Both the position numbers and the translations under genes were made by a program. Below the pieces are notes generated by a model. It saw only the letters and a program-made list of their open reading frames with translations, ran no database searches and was not told the DNA's origin. From the NCBI GenBank assembly GCA_903834925.1, contig CAILLA010000305.1, forward strand, positions 7,115-71,114: DNA of 64,000 nt. Direction: 5' to 3'. This DNA comes from an uncultured Schlesneria sp. Its GTDB lineage: Bacteria > Planctomycetota > Planctomycetia > Planctomycetales > Planctomycetaceae. This document shows positions 1 through 9,155 of this stretch, in pieces (the stretch's first letter is position 1; every line of letters begins with the position of its first letter).

Positions 1-104
1 TTGGGTCGGGTTTAATTCCGATCCATGCGGGCGAAACGAAGCCGGAAGACCCGAAAGTTTCGCATCACACCGCCAAGATCGAAAGCAAAACGAACACGAC
101 GACT

Positions 105-1379
105 GTGAACGGCAGGATCGTTCAATCGTTCTACGACAATGTCAGCCGCGGAGGCATTTCCACCGTCACCGAGTTGTTTGCTGACAACCTCACCTGGGTT
201 GAACCACCGTTTCCTGGCCACGACGGCGGGACATACCAAGGTAAAGATAACATTCTCAAAAATGTCCTGGGGGTCTTCATCGCCACTTGGACGGAATTGA
301 CTGTCACACCGGAAAAGATCAGTGACACGGGTGAGTTAGTCATCGTTCACGGCCGCTACCGGGGCAAACATAAATGGACCGGGCAACCGTTTGAAGCCCG
401 GTTCGTTCATACTTGGACACTTGAGGACAGGAAGGCTGTCCGCTTTGAAATGTTAGCTGATTCCATCCAGTTCTTTCGTACCGTTCGCCCGGATAGCGGC
501 TCGATTGCTGTCACGAATAAGACAGTGAACATCGACGGCCTGGACATCTTCTATCGAGAAGCCGGACCAAAGGACGCACCCACAATTCTGCTTCTGCACG
601 GCTTTCCAACGTCCTCGCATATGTTCCGCAACCTGATCCCGGCCTTGGCCGACCAATACCACGTCGTCGCCCCGGATTATCCCGGGTTCGGCCAGAGTAC
701 TGCTCCACCTGTGGACAAGCTCGACTACACCTTCGACAAACTGGCCGACGTTGTGGAGAAGTTCACGGAAAAAGTCGGCCTGACGACATATGCCCTGTAC
801 CTCCAGGACTACGGTGCGCCAGTTGGCTACCGTCTTGCCGTCAAACACCCCGAATGTGTAACCGGGCTCGTCGTGCAAAACGGCAACGCCTACGAGGAAG
901 GGCTGAATAACGACTTCTGGAAGCCGCTGAAAGCGTACTGGAAGGACCGCACGGAGGAGAATGCAAAACCGCTGCGTGGGTTCCTGACGCTCGAAGGAAC
1001 AAAGTGGCAGTACACCGACGGGGTCCGCAACGTCGAAGCAATCAGCCCGGACACCTGGACCATTGACCAGACACTCTTGGACCGTCCTGGCAACCAGGAA
1101 ATCCAGTTGGCCTTGTTCTACGACTACCGGATCAACTCAACGCTTTACCCGGCGTGGCAGGCTTACTTCCGCAAACATCAGCCACCGACGCTGATCGTCT
1201 GGGGCAAGAACGACAAGATTTTCCCGGCCGAGGGAGCGCATCCCTACAAGCGGGACTTGAAGAATGTTGAGTTCCACCTGCTCGATACCGGCCACTTCGC
1301 GCTGGAAGAAGACGGTGACAAGATCGCCAGCCTGGTGAGAGGATTCCTGCAAAAGCACGACAGCAAGACCGGAAGGTAA
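105..1379 (+). CDS. SnoaL-like (NTF2-fold) domain fused to an alpha/beta-hydrolase (epoxide hydrolase / haloalkane dehalogenase-like)
   Basis: 424-aa ORF with a GTG start. The N-terminal ~125 aa look NTF2/SnoaL-like. They are followed by [34 protein letters not shown], an LQDYGAPVG Asp-nucleophile elbow and a C-terminal DTGHFALEE His motif. Confidence 0.8.
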   Translation: MNGRIVQSFYDNVSRGGISTVTELFADNLTWVEPPFPGHDGGTYQGKDNILKNVLGVFIATWTELTVTPEKISDTGELVIVHGRYRGKHKWTGQPFEARFVHTWTLEDRKAVRFEMLADSIQFFRTVRPDSGSIAVTNKTVNIDGLDIFYREAGPKDAPTILLLHGFPTSSHMFRNLIPALADQYHVVAPDYPGFGQSTAPPVDKLDYTFDKLADVVEKFTEKVGLTTYALYLQDYGAPVGYRLAVKHPECVTGLVVQNGNAYEEGLNNDFWKPLKAYWKDRTEENAKPLRGFLTLEGTKWQYTDGVRNVEAISPDTWTIDQTLLDRPGNQEIQLALFYDYRINSTLYPAWQAYFRKHQPPTLIVWGKNDKIFPAEGAHPYKRDLKNVEFHLLDTGHFALEEDGDKIASLVRGFLQKHDSKTGR

Positions 1380-1399
1380 GCCAGCTGTTGAGCCGGTCG

Positions 1400-1777
1400 T
1401 CAACCACAGGAGGGCTCGGTTTTGAGGCCGCCAACTTTTTCCCGTGAACACGAATCGAGTAAGGGATAGTCCATGTCTGAATTTCGAACACCATCCACTT
1501 CGGAAACCTGACCACGAACGGCTATGAGGAACTCCGTCGCGCAAAGCTGCTGGAACCGACCGGCTTCGCATTCAATCGAGACGTCGTCTGGAGCCATTCC
1601 GCGTTCGGCAATCGCTGCGTAATCGCCTGCAACGACAAGCAATTGACCTGCGTCTCGCTCGCGAAGTCCAAGTAGTGGACCTGGTGGGCGAGCCAGTGTG
1701 GAAAGCGGAATCCTGGCGTTGCCCGTGGGGGCAGCTGATATCAGCACATCCCGGTCGACAGAAATGTCAAACTTCAT
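1400..1777 (-). CDS. hypothetical protein (weak call)
   Basis: 125-aa ORF that fills the gap between convergent and divergent neighbours. No motif recognised. Confidence 0.3.
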   Translation of the reverse strand: MKFDISVDRDVLISAAPTGNARIPLSTLARPPGPLLGLRERDAGQLLVVAGDYAAIAERGMAPDDVSIECEAGRFQQLCATEFLIAVRGQVSEVDGVRNSDMDYPLLDSCSREKVGGLKTEPSCG

Positions 1778-1850
1778 CGGTTGTGATGCTTGAGCCGGTC
1801 GTACTCAGCAGGAGTTCATTTCTGTTGCTGAGACGTCGAAGAAGAAACGG

Positions 1851-3191
1851 GTGACTGTTGCTGACTCCATTCGAGCTGACACTGTTCAACATGCTGAAAT
1901 TGCCGGAATCGATGTCCTTATGTTCCCACACAATTGGTTAGTCGTTTGGATGACGCCGATTTTACTGGCGGTGTTGGTGACGGCATCCCACGGTGACGAC
2001 ACGGAAGCACCGATCAGTCAAGAGGAGTGGTCGGAAGCAGATACGTCGCTGGAATCGGCGGTTGACCTGGCACAGTCGGTCAGTCCAAATCTTGCCAAAG
2101 CTGCCGCCGACGTGGAAGCGGCACGTGGTAGGGCAGTTCAAGCAGGACTCTATCCCAACCCCATCGCTCAGGGTGGTGCAACGCAAGCCGCCGGTGATGA
2201 AAGTCAATATTATTTCGGACTCAGTCAAGAAATCGTCACTAAACATAAATTGAAACTGAATCAAGCGGCAGCTTATCGCGAAACCTATCAGGCCGAGCTC
2301 GCTTTTGTCCGAACTCGTTTCGAACTACTCACTTCAGTCCGGCAGACCTTTTTTGTGGCGTTGACAGCCCAAAGAAAAGTCGAAGTCTTGACGCGATTAG
2401 TCGAGATTACGCGGAAATCCGCAGAGGCCGCAAAACAGTTATTGGCTGCCGGAGAAACCTCACGCGCGGACTTACTTTTGTTTGAAATTGAACTCGAAAA
2501 AGCTGAAGTCGTTTTGCAGAATACGGAATCACAGCTCGTCGCCGCTCGCAGGCAGCTGGCAGCGGCCATCGGCATCAGAACTTTGAAGATCGAAAACTTG
2601 ACCGGAAATCTGAAAGACTCTCCCAGCGATTCAATCATTCAACTGTTAGATGATGCCTATGTTCCCTATAATGCAGACGTCCAGATTGCTGAACAAGAAA
2701 TCGAACGGACGCGCCTGATTCTTCGGCGGGCGCAGGTCGAACCGTTTCCTAACGTCACCGTCTATGGCGGTTATCAATATCAAGTCGTTCCGATCCACGA
2801 CATGGGATTATTTAGCGCGTCGATTCCGGTACCGGTCTGGAACCGGAACCAGGGAAACATTGCCAGTGCACAGGCTCAAATCATCAAGGCCACAGCACAC
2901 GTCAGCCAGGTGCAGAACCAGATCTCTGGACGGATGGCGGAATTGATTGGACGCTATCAAGTTGCTGATCAACAGGTAAAAAGGTATGAGGAACGGATTA
3001 TTCCCAAAGCGCGAGAGGGCGTGACAATCACTCAGGCAGGGTTCGCCCAAGGAACGCTTGATTCCTTTCGACTTCTCCAGTCGCAGCGTGGGTTGATTGA
3101 TTCCAATCTTGGGTACATCATGGCTTTGGAATCGAGGTGGATCGCGGCAGCGGAACTTGCCGGTCTGGCACAACTCGAAACGTTCCCCTGA
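1851..3191 (+). CDS. TolC-family outer-membrane efflux protein (CzcC-like)
   Basis: 446-aa ORF with an N-terminal hydrophobic segment and two long coiled-coil repeat halves typical of OEP/TolC proteins (ARGRAVQAGLYPNP..., EQEIERTRLILRRAQVEPFPNV...). Confidence 0.8.
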   Translation: MTVADSIRADTVQHAEIAGIDVLMFPHNWLVVWMTPILLAVLVTASHGDDTEAPISQEEWSEADTSLESAVDLAQSVSPNLAKAAADVEAARGRAVQAGLYPNPIAQGGATQAAGDESQYYFGLSQEIVTKHKLKLNQAAAYRETYQAELAFVRTRFELLTSVRQTFFVALTAQRKVEVLTRLVEITRKSAEAAKQLLAAGETSRADLLLFEIELEKAEVVLQNTESQLVAARRQLAAAIGIRTLKIENLTGNLKDSPSDSIIQLLDDAYVPYNADVQIAEQEIERTRLILRRAQVEPFPNVTVYGGYQYQVVPIHDMGLFSASIPVPVWNRNQGNIASAQAQIIKATAHVSQVQNQISGRMAELIGRYQVADQQVKRYEERIIPKAREGVTITQAGFAQGTLDSFRLLQSQRGLIDSNLGYIMALESRWIAAAELAGLAQLETFP

Positions 3192-3383
3192 ATTTTGAGC
3201 TCGTTTTTGCGATGCAGGCTCTCAACTTTGAGGCACGAAAGCGTTTGAAGCGCGCGGTATCGTGTAAAGTGTCAACTGACACGATTGGTCTGCGTTGCTA
3301 AATCGATCGATGGAGTAATCGATTTCAAATGCGATTACTATTCCCTAGATTTCTCGACATTTATTGCTTGACGACGCCTTTAT

Positions 3384-3395
3384 TTGTATATACAA
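3384..3395. promoter_or_regulatory. perfect palindrome TTGTATATACAA, putative MarR operator, copy 1
   Basis: 12-bp perfect palindrome about 30 bp upstream of the likely marR start at 3425. The same 12-mer followed by TAATA recurs at 3896. Confidence 0.6.
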
Positions 3396-3424
3396 CTAAT
3401 AAAGCGGTGAGGGAGCCGCACGGT

Positions 3425-3871
3425 ATGGACAAGCCTGCAACCAACATTGAAACGATTGCCAAGACCTGTATTGCCGGTAGGCTGCGGCTGATCAATCGGG
3501 TTGTTTCGAACATTTACGATGATGCACTTCGCCCGTTCGGATTGAAGATCAGCCAGGGGAATATTTTGATCTTTACGGGCAAACTGGGGGTCGCCAGCCC
3601 TGTCCAGATTTGTGAGCATCTGCAACTCGATGCTTCGACGCTCAGCCGCAATGTAGAACTGATGCGCAAGAACGGCTGGCTAGAAGAAGTTCCCACAGAC
3701 GATGCTCGCAGCCGTCCCTTTCGCCTGACGGAAGCAGGGAAACGACTGGTCGAATCAGCGATCCCCGCCTGGGAGAAGGCTCAGGCAGAAGCGAAGGAAT
3801 TGCTTGGCGACGACTTTGTGTCGCTTCTCAACAAAGCTGCCAAGAGAGCCAGCGAGTCGAACCGTGCATGA
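3425..3871 (+). CDS. MarR-family transcriptional regulator
   Basis: Winged-HTH MarR pattern (ISQGNILIFTGKLGVASPVQICEHLQLDASTLSRNVELMRKNGWLEEV...RSRPFRLTEAGK). The start was moved to the internal Met (MDKPATN) downstream of the operator. Confidence 0.85.
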   Translation: MDKPATNIETIAKTCIAGRLRLINRVVSNIYDDALRPFGLKISQGNILIFTGKLGVASPVQICEHLQLDASTLSRNVELMRKNGWLEEVPTDDARSRPFRLTEAGKRLVESAIPAWEKAQAEAKELLGDDFVSLLNKAAKRASESNRA

Positions 3872-3895
3872 CGCCACGTTTTTTTGACCTGATAC

Positions 3896-3907
3896 TTGTA
3901 TATACAA
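3896..3907. promoter_or_regulatory. perfect palindrome TTGTATATACAA, putative MarR operator, copy 2
   Basis: Identical 12-mer plus TAATA located 14 bp upstream of the ATG at 3921. Confidence 0.6.
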
Positions 3908-3920
3908 TAATAGGGATGCG

Positions 3921-5231
3921 ATGAAACTGACAGAAGAACTGACAAAGCCAGATCGCTTGGAGTCAAACAAGCTCGATGCCGCTTGGCTCAAGCGGGTTGC
4001 ACTTGAAAATGGGGCTGACGACGCGGGATTTGTTGCGATCGGACATCCCGGCCTGGACGACCAGCGGGGCGACATTTTGAAATTCTATCCTCGGACCAAG
4101 GCGCTACTTGCGATCGTTTGTCGGATGAATCGCGAGCCAATTCGCAACCCGGCTCGTTCCGTGGCGAACCTGGAATTTCACGCGACCGGTGACGATGTGG
4201 ATCACGTCAGCCGATCAGTTGTCACTGCTCTGGAGCAAGAAGGTATCCCAGCCATCAGTGCGCCGATGGGTTTTCCCATGGAGACGGCCCACTTTCCGGA
4301 AAAGATGTGGGTCGTGTCTCATAAACCCGTGGCCGTCGCCGCTGGCCTCGGCATGATGGGCATTCATCGAAACGTCATCCACCCGAAGTTCGGCAATTTT
4401 ATCTTGTTAGGGACGGTCCTTATCGGGGCCGAGGTGACTGAGTATGACAAGCCGATTGACTACAACCCGTGTTTATCATGCAAACTCTGCGTGGCAGCGT
4501 GCCCAGTGGGAGCGATCTCGCCGGATGGCAAGTTCGATCTCGCTTCGTGCTACACGCACAACTACCGGGAATTCATGGGGGGCTTCGGAGATTGGGTGGA
4601 ACGGGTAGCCGACGCGAAGAACGGCCTGGATCTGCGTAAGAAAGTCACTCGTCAAGAAACGGTTTCGACGTGGCAGAGCCTCGCCTTTGGTCCAAATTAC
4701 AAGGCGGCATATTGCCTTTCCGTTTGTCCTGCGGGTGACGATGTCATCGGGCCTTTCCAAGCCGATCGGAAGGAATTCCTAGACGAGATTGTGAAACCGC
4801 TTCTCGATAAAGAAGAAACGATCTACGTCGTCCCCAAATCAGACGCCGAGGATCACGTCAAAAAACGGTTCCCTCATAAGAAAGTGAAACAGGTTCGAGG
4901 GAGTCTGCTGCCACGCACGATTAAAGGGTTCCTCAGCGGGATGCCACACACGTTTCAACGAGGTCAATCCGTTGGATTGAATGCCGTCTACCACCTGACA
5001 TTTACCGGCAAGGAACCTCACGTCGCCACAGTCGTCATCAAGGATAAGACGATACGAGTGACCGATGGCCACGAGGGGAAAGCCAATCTCCATCTCACGG
5101 CCGACAGCGAGACGTGGCTCGGATTTCTGGCGAAAGAGCGAAGTCTTTTGTGGGCGTTCCTGCGTCGAAAGATTCGGATCAAAGGATCGCCGATGTTACT
5201 AGTCGCCTTTGGAAAGTGTTTCCCATCATGA
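3921..5231 (+). CDS. 4Fe-4S ferredoxin-type (epoxyqueuosine-reductase/reductive-dehalogenase-like) protein with a C-terminal SCP2 sterol-carrier-like domain
   Basis: CLSCKLCVAACPVGAI and a second CLSVCPAGDD cluster motif. The C-terminal ~100 aa (LNAVYHLTFTG...LHLTADSETWLGFLAKERSLLWAFLRRKIRIKGSPMLLVAFGKCF) look SCP2-like. Confidence 0.7.
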   Translation: MKLTEELTKPDRLESNKLDAAWLKRVALENGADDAGFVAIGHPGLDDQRGDILKFYPRTKALLAIVCRMNREPIRNPARSVANLEFHATGDDVDHVSRSVVTALEQEGIPAISAPMGFPMETAHFPEKMWVVSHKPVAVAAGLGMMGIHRNVIHPKFGNFILLGTVLIGAEVTEYDKPIDYNPCLSCKLCVAACPVGAISPDGKFDLASCYTHNYREFMGGFGDWVERVADAKNGLDLRKKVTRQETVSTWQSLAFGPNYKAAYCLSVCPAGDDVIGPFQADRKEFLDEIVKPLLDKEETIYVVPKSDAEDHVKKRFPHKKVKQVRGSLLPRTIKGFLSGMPHTFQRGQSVGLNAVYHLTFTGKEPHVATVVIKDKTIRVTDGHEGKANLHLTADSETWLGFLAKERSLLWAFLRRKIRIKGSPMLLVAFGKCFPS

Positions 5232-5704
5232 CACACGAACGAAAACACCCGCTCGATAACAGGGTTCCGCCACCGCTGGTCGTGCTGCTGGTCGGCGTGG
5301 CCATGGCAGGGATTGCCTGGTTTACTCCGTCGATGGAGATTGGAAAAACTGTGCAATTCATCGGTGGCAGTATCGCAATCGCTTTAGGAGTTTTCATCGT
5401 GGCACGTGGGGCCAGAACGTTCTGGCGGCATCACACAACAATCAATCCAGTGGACATCGAACAAGCTTCGGCACTCGTGACCGACGGCATTTTTCGTTAC
5501 AGCCGAAATCCGATGTACGTTGGTTTCACTGTGATGTTAATTGGTTGGGCCGTTTGCCTCGCAGCACCATGGACGTGGTTCGGGCCGCTTAGTTTCGTTC
5601 TCTTCACCAATCGCTTCCAAATCATTCCCGAAGAACAGGTGATACACGCCAAGTTCGGTCAGGCGTACGACAACTACCGGTCGAAGGTTCGACGATGGGT
5701 TTGA
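5228..5704 (+). CDS. isoprenylcysteine carboxyl methyltransferase (ICMT)/phospholipid methyltransferase-family membrane protein
   Basis: The ATG overlaps the upstream stop (ATGA). Several TM helices are present, with LVTDGIFRYSRNPMYVGFTVMLIGWA and EEQVIHAKFGQAYDNYRSKVRRW motifs. Confidence 0.75.
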   Translation: MTHERKHPLDNRVPPPLVVLLVGVAMAGIAWFTPSMEIGKTVQFIGGSIAIALGVFIVARGARTFWRHHTTINPVDIEQASALVTDGIFRYSRNPMYVGFTVMLIGWAVCLAAPWTWFGPLSFVLFTNRFQIIPEEQVIHAKFGQAYDNYRSKVRRWV

Positions 5705-6070
5705 TGCTTTCTCGTAGTCTGAAACATCGTTTTGAAGAACTCCCCTAGTCAGGAATCAGGAAGCAATTTCATGCTTGTCGCTTCAGGTATTCAACACTGA
5801 TCCATTTAACTGGTACGTCATCGAAGAAGCGGGACGACTTACTCTCGTCGATGCCGGTTTGCATGGACACGGCAATCCCTGGCAAGGAACCGTCAAAGAC
5901 ATCGTGTGATCGGCGGGCTTTCTTGCTCTTCGCCCCGGCTTTGCGGGGAGAGGCTGGGTGAGGGGCGAGCCGAAACAGACAAGACCCATCACCCCACCAA
6001 AGCGCAGGGCGAGGAGTTAAAATTACGACTCTTGAGAAGTCGACCACCAATCAGCGGTTGCGCCCGTTTC

Positions 6071-6502
6071 TCACTCGCTGCGCGATTGGTCATGCTTGCT
6101 GTCTATCGGCAATGTCGCCAGGTCAGGCTCTACAAATGCGTCCCTTGCGGCCTGCGAGAAGAGCGTCTCCTTACGATAATAAATCAACAACGCCTTCATG
6201 TTCCGGTCGAGAAGGTCAGAGTTCTCGATGCAAAAATCGGTAAAAGACTGGTGACCGCCGATGTGTTGCATGCGGAGACTGATGAGTTGAAGAAAGACTT
6301 GCGTGATCGTTTCGTGATAGGCCAGCGTCTTTTTCATCGAGGCGTTGTATCGCTTGATACCATCCCGCACGACAGAGATGGCCTCTGAAAGCGGCATTTT
6401 CTGCAGATAAAGCCACGCCATCCGAACGTGCGCTTCGTGTGTCCATTTGATTTCGGGCAGTGAACAACCCTCGAAAGCCTCGAGAAATTCCGTATCGGTC
6501 AT
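6071..6502 (-). CDS. hypothetical protein
   Basis: ORF trimmed to the Met of MTDTEFLEAFEG. It lies divergent to the DUF417 gene. No family recognised. Confidence 0.5.
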   Translation of the reverse strand: MTDTEFLEAFEGCSLPEIKWTHEAHVRMAWLYLQKMPLSEAISVVRDGIKRYNASMKKTLAYHETITQVFLQLISLRMQHIGGHQSFTDFCIENSDLLDRNMKALLIYYRKETLFSQAARDAFVEPDLATLPIDSKHDQSRSE

Positions 6503-6684
6503 CGGTCGTGCTCGAAGGTTCGTATGCCTCATCAAACTCGTGCGCCTGGTAATCGCGAAAATTCGTAAAATAAAAGCGTCGAGTGGGGTAAGAAAGCGAT
6601 TGTTGGCTGCGTCTAAGGTGGCGAGTCGGCTTGACTGCCGCAAGTCATCGAAACGTTCACACGCTTGATCCCAGGAGTTTCACC

Positions 6685-7212
6685 ATGTCCATCGCAACAC
6701 AAAATGTCGTAACCAACCTAATCCAGGTGCCAATCGTACGGGAAGATCGACTCGTTTCCCTGCTTCAAGCAGTCAGCACTCACGTGACCCGATATAGTCT
6801 GGTCCTGGTTTTCGTGTGGATCGGCGGGATGAAGTTCACGAATTACGAAGCGGAAGGGATTCGCCCCTTTGTTGAGAACAGCCCGCTGATGAGTTGGCTC
6901 TACCAGATCTTCAGCGTTACCCAGTTCTCAGCAATCCTCGGAGCGGTTGAGATCGCCGTAGGTCTGTCGATCGCATCTCGTCCAGTCTGGCCGAGATTAT
7001 CCGCCTACAGTAGCCTGGCTGCCGCCGCCATGTTTGTCGGAACGCTGAGTTTCATCTTAACGACACCTGGATGGGAACCGTCGCTCGGTTTTCCAGCCTT
7101 GTCGGTTCCGGGACAGTTTCTGCTCAAGGATTCGGTTTTGCTCGGTGCGTCACTGTGGACGGCAGCCGAAGCACTGCAGGCAGCGTTACGCCGGACCAAA
7201 GAATCGCATTGA
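6685..7212 (+). CDS. DUF417 (YkgB/RclC-like) inner-membrane protein
   Basis: RYSLVLVFVWIGGMKFTNYEAEGIRPFVENSPLMSWLY followed by further TM helices. Start trimmed to MSIATQN. Confidence 0.65.
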   Translation: MSIATQNVVTNLIQVPIVREDRLVSLLQAVSTHVTRYSLVLVFVWIGGMKFTNYEAEGIRPFVENSPLMSWLYQIFSVTQFSAILGAVEIAVGLSIASRPVWPRLSAYSSLAAAAMFVGTLSFILTTPGWEPSLGFPALSVPGQFLLKDSVLLGASLWTAAEALQAALRRTKESH

Positions 7213-7262
7213 AGGCTTACGAATTTGACGCTTATCGAGAGATATTGATAATTAAGAAAAAC

Positions 7263-7355
7263 GTGCCACTGCTTGACCGTCTTCGGTCAAGCAATGCTCT
7301 TTGGTCGACAACAGGAGAAGAGCACTGCTTCTCCGAAGACTACGAAGCAGTGGCA
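7263..7355 (+). repeat. MITE-like double-hairpin element, copy A
   Basis: Starts GTGCCACTGCTT and ends AAGCAGTGGCAC, giving 12-bp perfect terminal inverted repeats. It contains two internal hairpins (GCTTGACCG-TCTT-CGGTCAAGC and CACTGCTTC...GAAGCAGTG). Confidence 0.85.
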
Positions 7356-7514
7356 CTTCAAGATGAAGTCCGTGGAAAAATCCTTAACCGCGTTGCCCGA
7401 TGGAGCGTACGCTCACAACGACCCGTAGCATGGGCCTTAGCCCGTGTGACACGACGTCTTGTGTCGGCTGTAGGCCAATTCTAAAAAAAACGGAAAATCT
7501 GTCCGCTTCGAAGG

Positions 7515-8032
7515 TCACAGTGCCTCGGTCGACGGTAGCAGGTTCACTCGCGTCGAGACGGCGTGCAGAGCAATCAGGTGCAGAATCTCACTGACCGTAG
7601 TGCAGCAGTCAGGCAGGATCGTGACCTTGTACTTCTCTGCGGCCTTTGAGATCGCCGTGTGAGTCACACAGTTCTGGGTCATCATGCCGCAGACAAGCAG
7701 CTCGGTGACGCCGAGCTTAGTCAACGTTTCCTCAAGGGTTGTCTTCTCGAAGCTGTCGGCGAATTCCTTGATAACAATCGGAGCCTTAGGTGCAGCGGCA
7801 AGGATGCGAGGAGAATGTCAGCACCCGGTGTTCCTGCGTTAAAGAACGGAGAAATCCCCTGCTTGCTGTTGGCGATATGCTGTATGTGAATGACGGGAAC
7901 ACCAAGCGAATTGGCCTTTTGGATCGCACGTTCGATATTTTGCAGGACAACGTCCGTGTTCCACAGGGGAAACGCACCACCGGGAAAATAGTCGTTTTGA
8001 AGATCAATAACCAGTAATGCCTTCGACATCAT
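7515..8032 (-). pseudogene. isochorismatase/cysteine-hydrolase family gene split by a 1-nt frameshift
   Basis: The N-terminal ORF (MMSKALLVIDLQNDYFPGG...FFNAGTPGADI) and the C-terminal ORF (TKLGVTELLVCGMMTQNCVTHTAI...) are in different frames. Shifting frame near 7811-7816 gives the continuous reading ...PRILAAAPKAPIVIKEFADSFEKTTLEETLTKLGVTELLVCGM. Confidence 0.8.
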
Positions 8033-8206
8033 GAGGTTCCTTTTAATCAGGGTGAACTCGCTATCGTTCGGGTCACTTCGCGGGATTGTCGTACGCTACC
8101 GACTGACGATGACCATTTTTCCAGTAATCATCGACTCGCCCAGGTCGCAAGTAAAGCACCGGAGCCACACAGCACAAAATAAGGCTCACAACCGCTTCCT
8201 CTTAAT

Positions 8207-8305
8207 GTGCCACTGCTTCGGAGTCCTCGGAGAAGCAGTGGCTTGACATCAACGGTCATTTTGCCACTCGGCACTGCTTGACCGAGGACGGCCAAGCAGT
8301 GGCAC
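8207..8305 (-). repeat. MITE-like double-hairpin element, copy B (inverted orientation)
   Basis: Its reverse complement matches copies A, C and D, including both hairpins and the terminal inverted repeats. Confidence 0.85.
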
Positions 8306-8337
8306 GGTTTTCGAACGAAACTTGATCACTCGGCCGA

Positions 8338-8913
8338 TCACTTCCCTGCCCGCTCAACCTTGATCGACTCGATCTCCATTTTGAATGACCCCGCCTTCTT
8401 GTCGCTCAACATGAAGCCCAGGGAGTTGACATCCTTCGGATCGACCGGCCCTGCGTCCTTGACGACCCGTCCGAAAGAAGTGGCTTCGAACTTGTCGAGC
8501 GGCACTTTGATCTCAATCCATTCGTCCTTCTTCGTCTGCACCGTTGCCTTGTACGAGAAGGCGATCAAGGGCTTGTTGACGTAGAGGTTCAAAGTATATT
8601 CCCGTCCGTCACCCCGGACCTTGGCCACGACGAGATCTCCTTTTTCCAGGCCAAGCTGCTTGGCTCTTGTTCGCACCGAGGCAAAGCCGCCGTTATTTTC
8701 CAGCGACAGCGTGCCGTAGAACTCCAGCGTCTTTGTGTCCGTGATTTTGAATTTGCCATCGGAGACACCGCCCATCACGCCGTCGTTGATGTTCTGCCAT
8801 TCCTTAGCCGAGTCGGCGCCAGGAAAGGAGAACAACAGTTGCCGCACTTCTGCTGCCATGACGAACGACCCCGTCAGGATGAGAAAAGACAACGCCACTG
8901 TTTTATGGATCAT
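8338..8913 (-). CDS. CIA30 (complex I intermediate-associated protein 30)-family secreted protein
   Basis: Start trimmed to MIHKTVALSFLILTGSFVMA (signal peptide). The motifs WQNINDGVMGGVSDGKF...LSLENNGGFASVRT are typical of CIA30. Confidence 0.75.
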   Translation of the reverse strand: MIHKTVALSFLILTGSFVMAAEVRQLLFSFPGADSAKEWQNINDGVMGGVSDGKFKITDTKTLEFYGTLSLENNGGFASVRTRAKQLGLEKGDLVVAKVRGDGREYTLNLYVNKPLIAFSYKATVQTKKDEWIEIKVPLDKFEATSFGRVVKDAGPVDPKDVNSLGFMLSDKKAGSFKMEIESIKVERAGK

Positions 8914-8989
8914 AATTTTCCCCAATTCATCCAGGTGATGCTCAGTTGCAGCACCGTCGCCAGCGACACCCACACAAAATAGGGTACTT

Positions 8990-9092
8990 GAGCCACTGCC
9001 ACCCAGCGATAGTACCGTCAAGCAGTGCCGAGCGGCACAACGAACGTCGATTCCAAGCCACTGCTTCTCCGAGGACTCCAAAGCAGTGGCAC
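8990..9092 (+). repeat. MITE-like double-hairpin element, copy C (left end degenerate)
   Basis: The left hairpin is eroded. The right two thirds are near-identical to copy D (GTCAAGCAGTGCCGAGCG.CACAACGAACGTCGATT.CAAG.CACTGCTTCTCCGAGGACTCCAAAGCAGTGGCAC). Confidence 0.8.
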
Positions 9093-9155
9093 ATCAAGAT
9101 GAACGCCGAAGAACAATCGTGTACTGTGTTAACAGCAGGGCTATCGCTGAAGACC

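Noticed and set aside
12-239. 75-aa minus-strand ORF at the window start
   Set aside because: It overlaps the 5' end of the well-supported hydrolase fusion gene on the opposite strand and has no motifs.
5906-6388. 160-aa plus-strand ORF, together with the 93-aa minus-strand ORF at 5769-6050
   Set aside because: The plus-strand ORF is largely antisense to the better-supported 6071-6502 gene. The region 5705-6070 shows no convincing coding signal. It may hold a gene remnant, but I cannot support a call.
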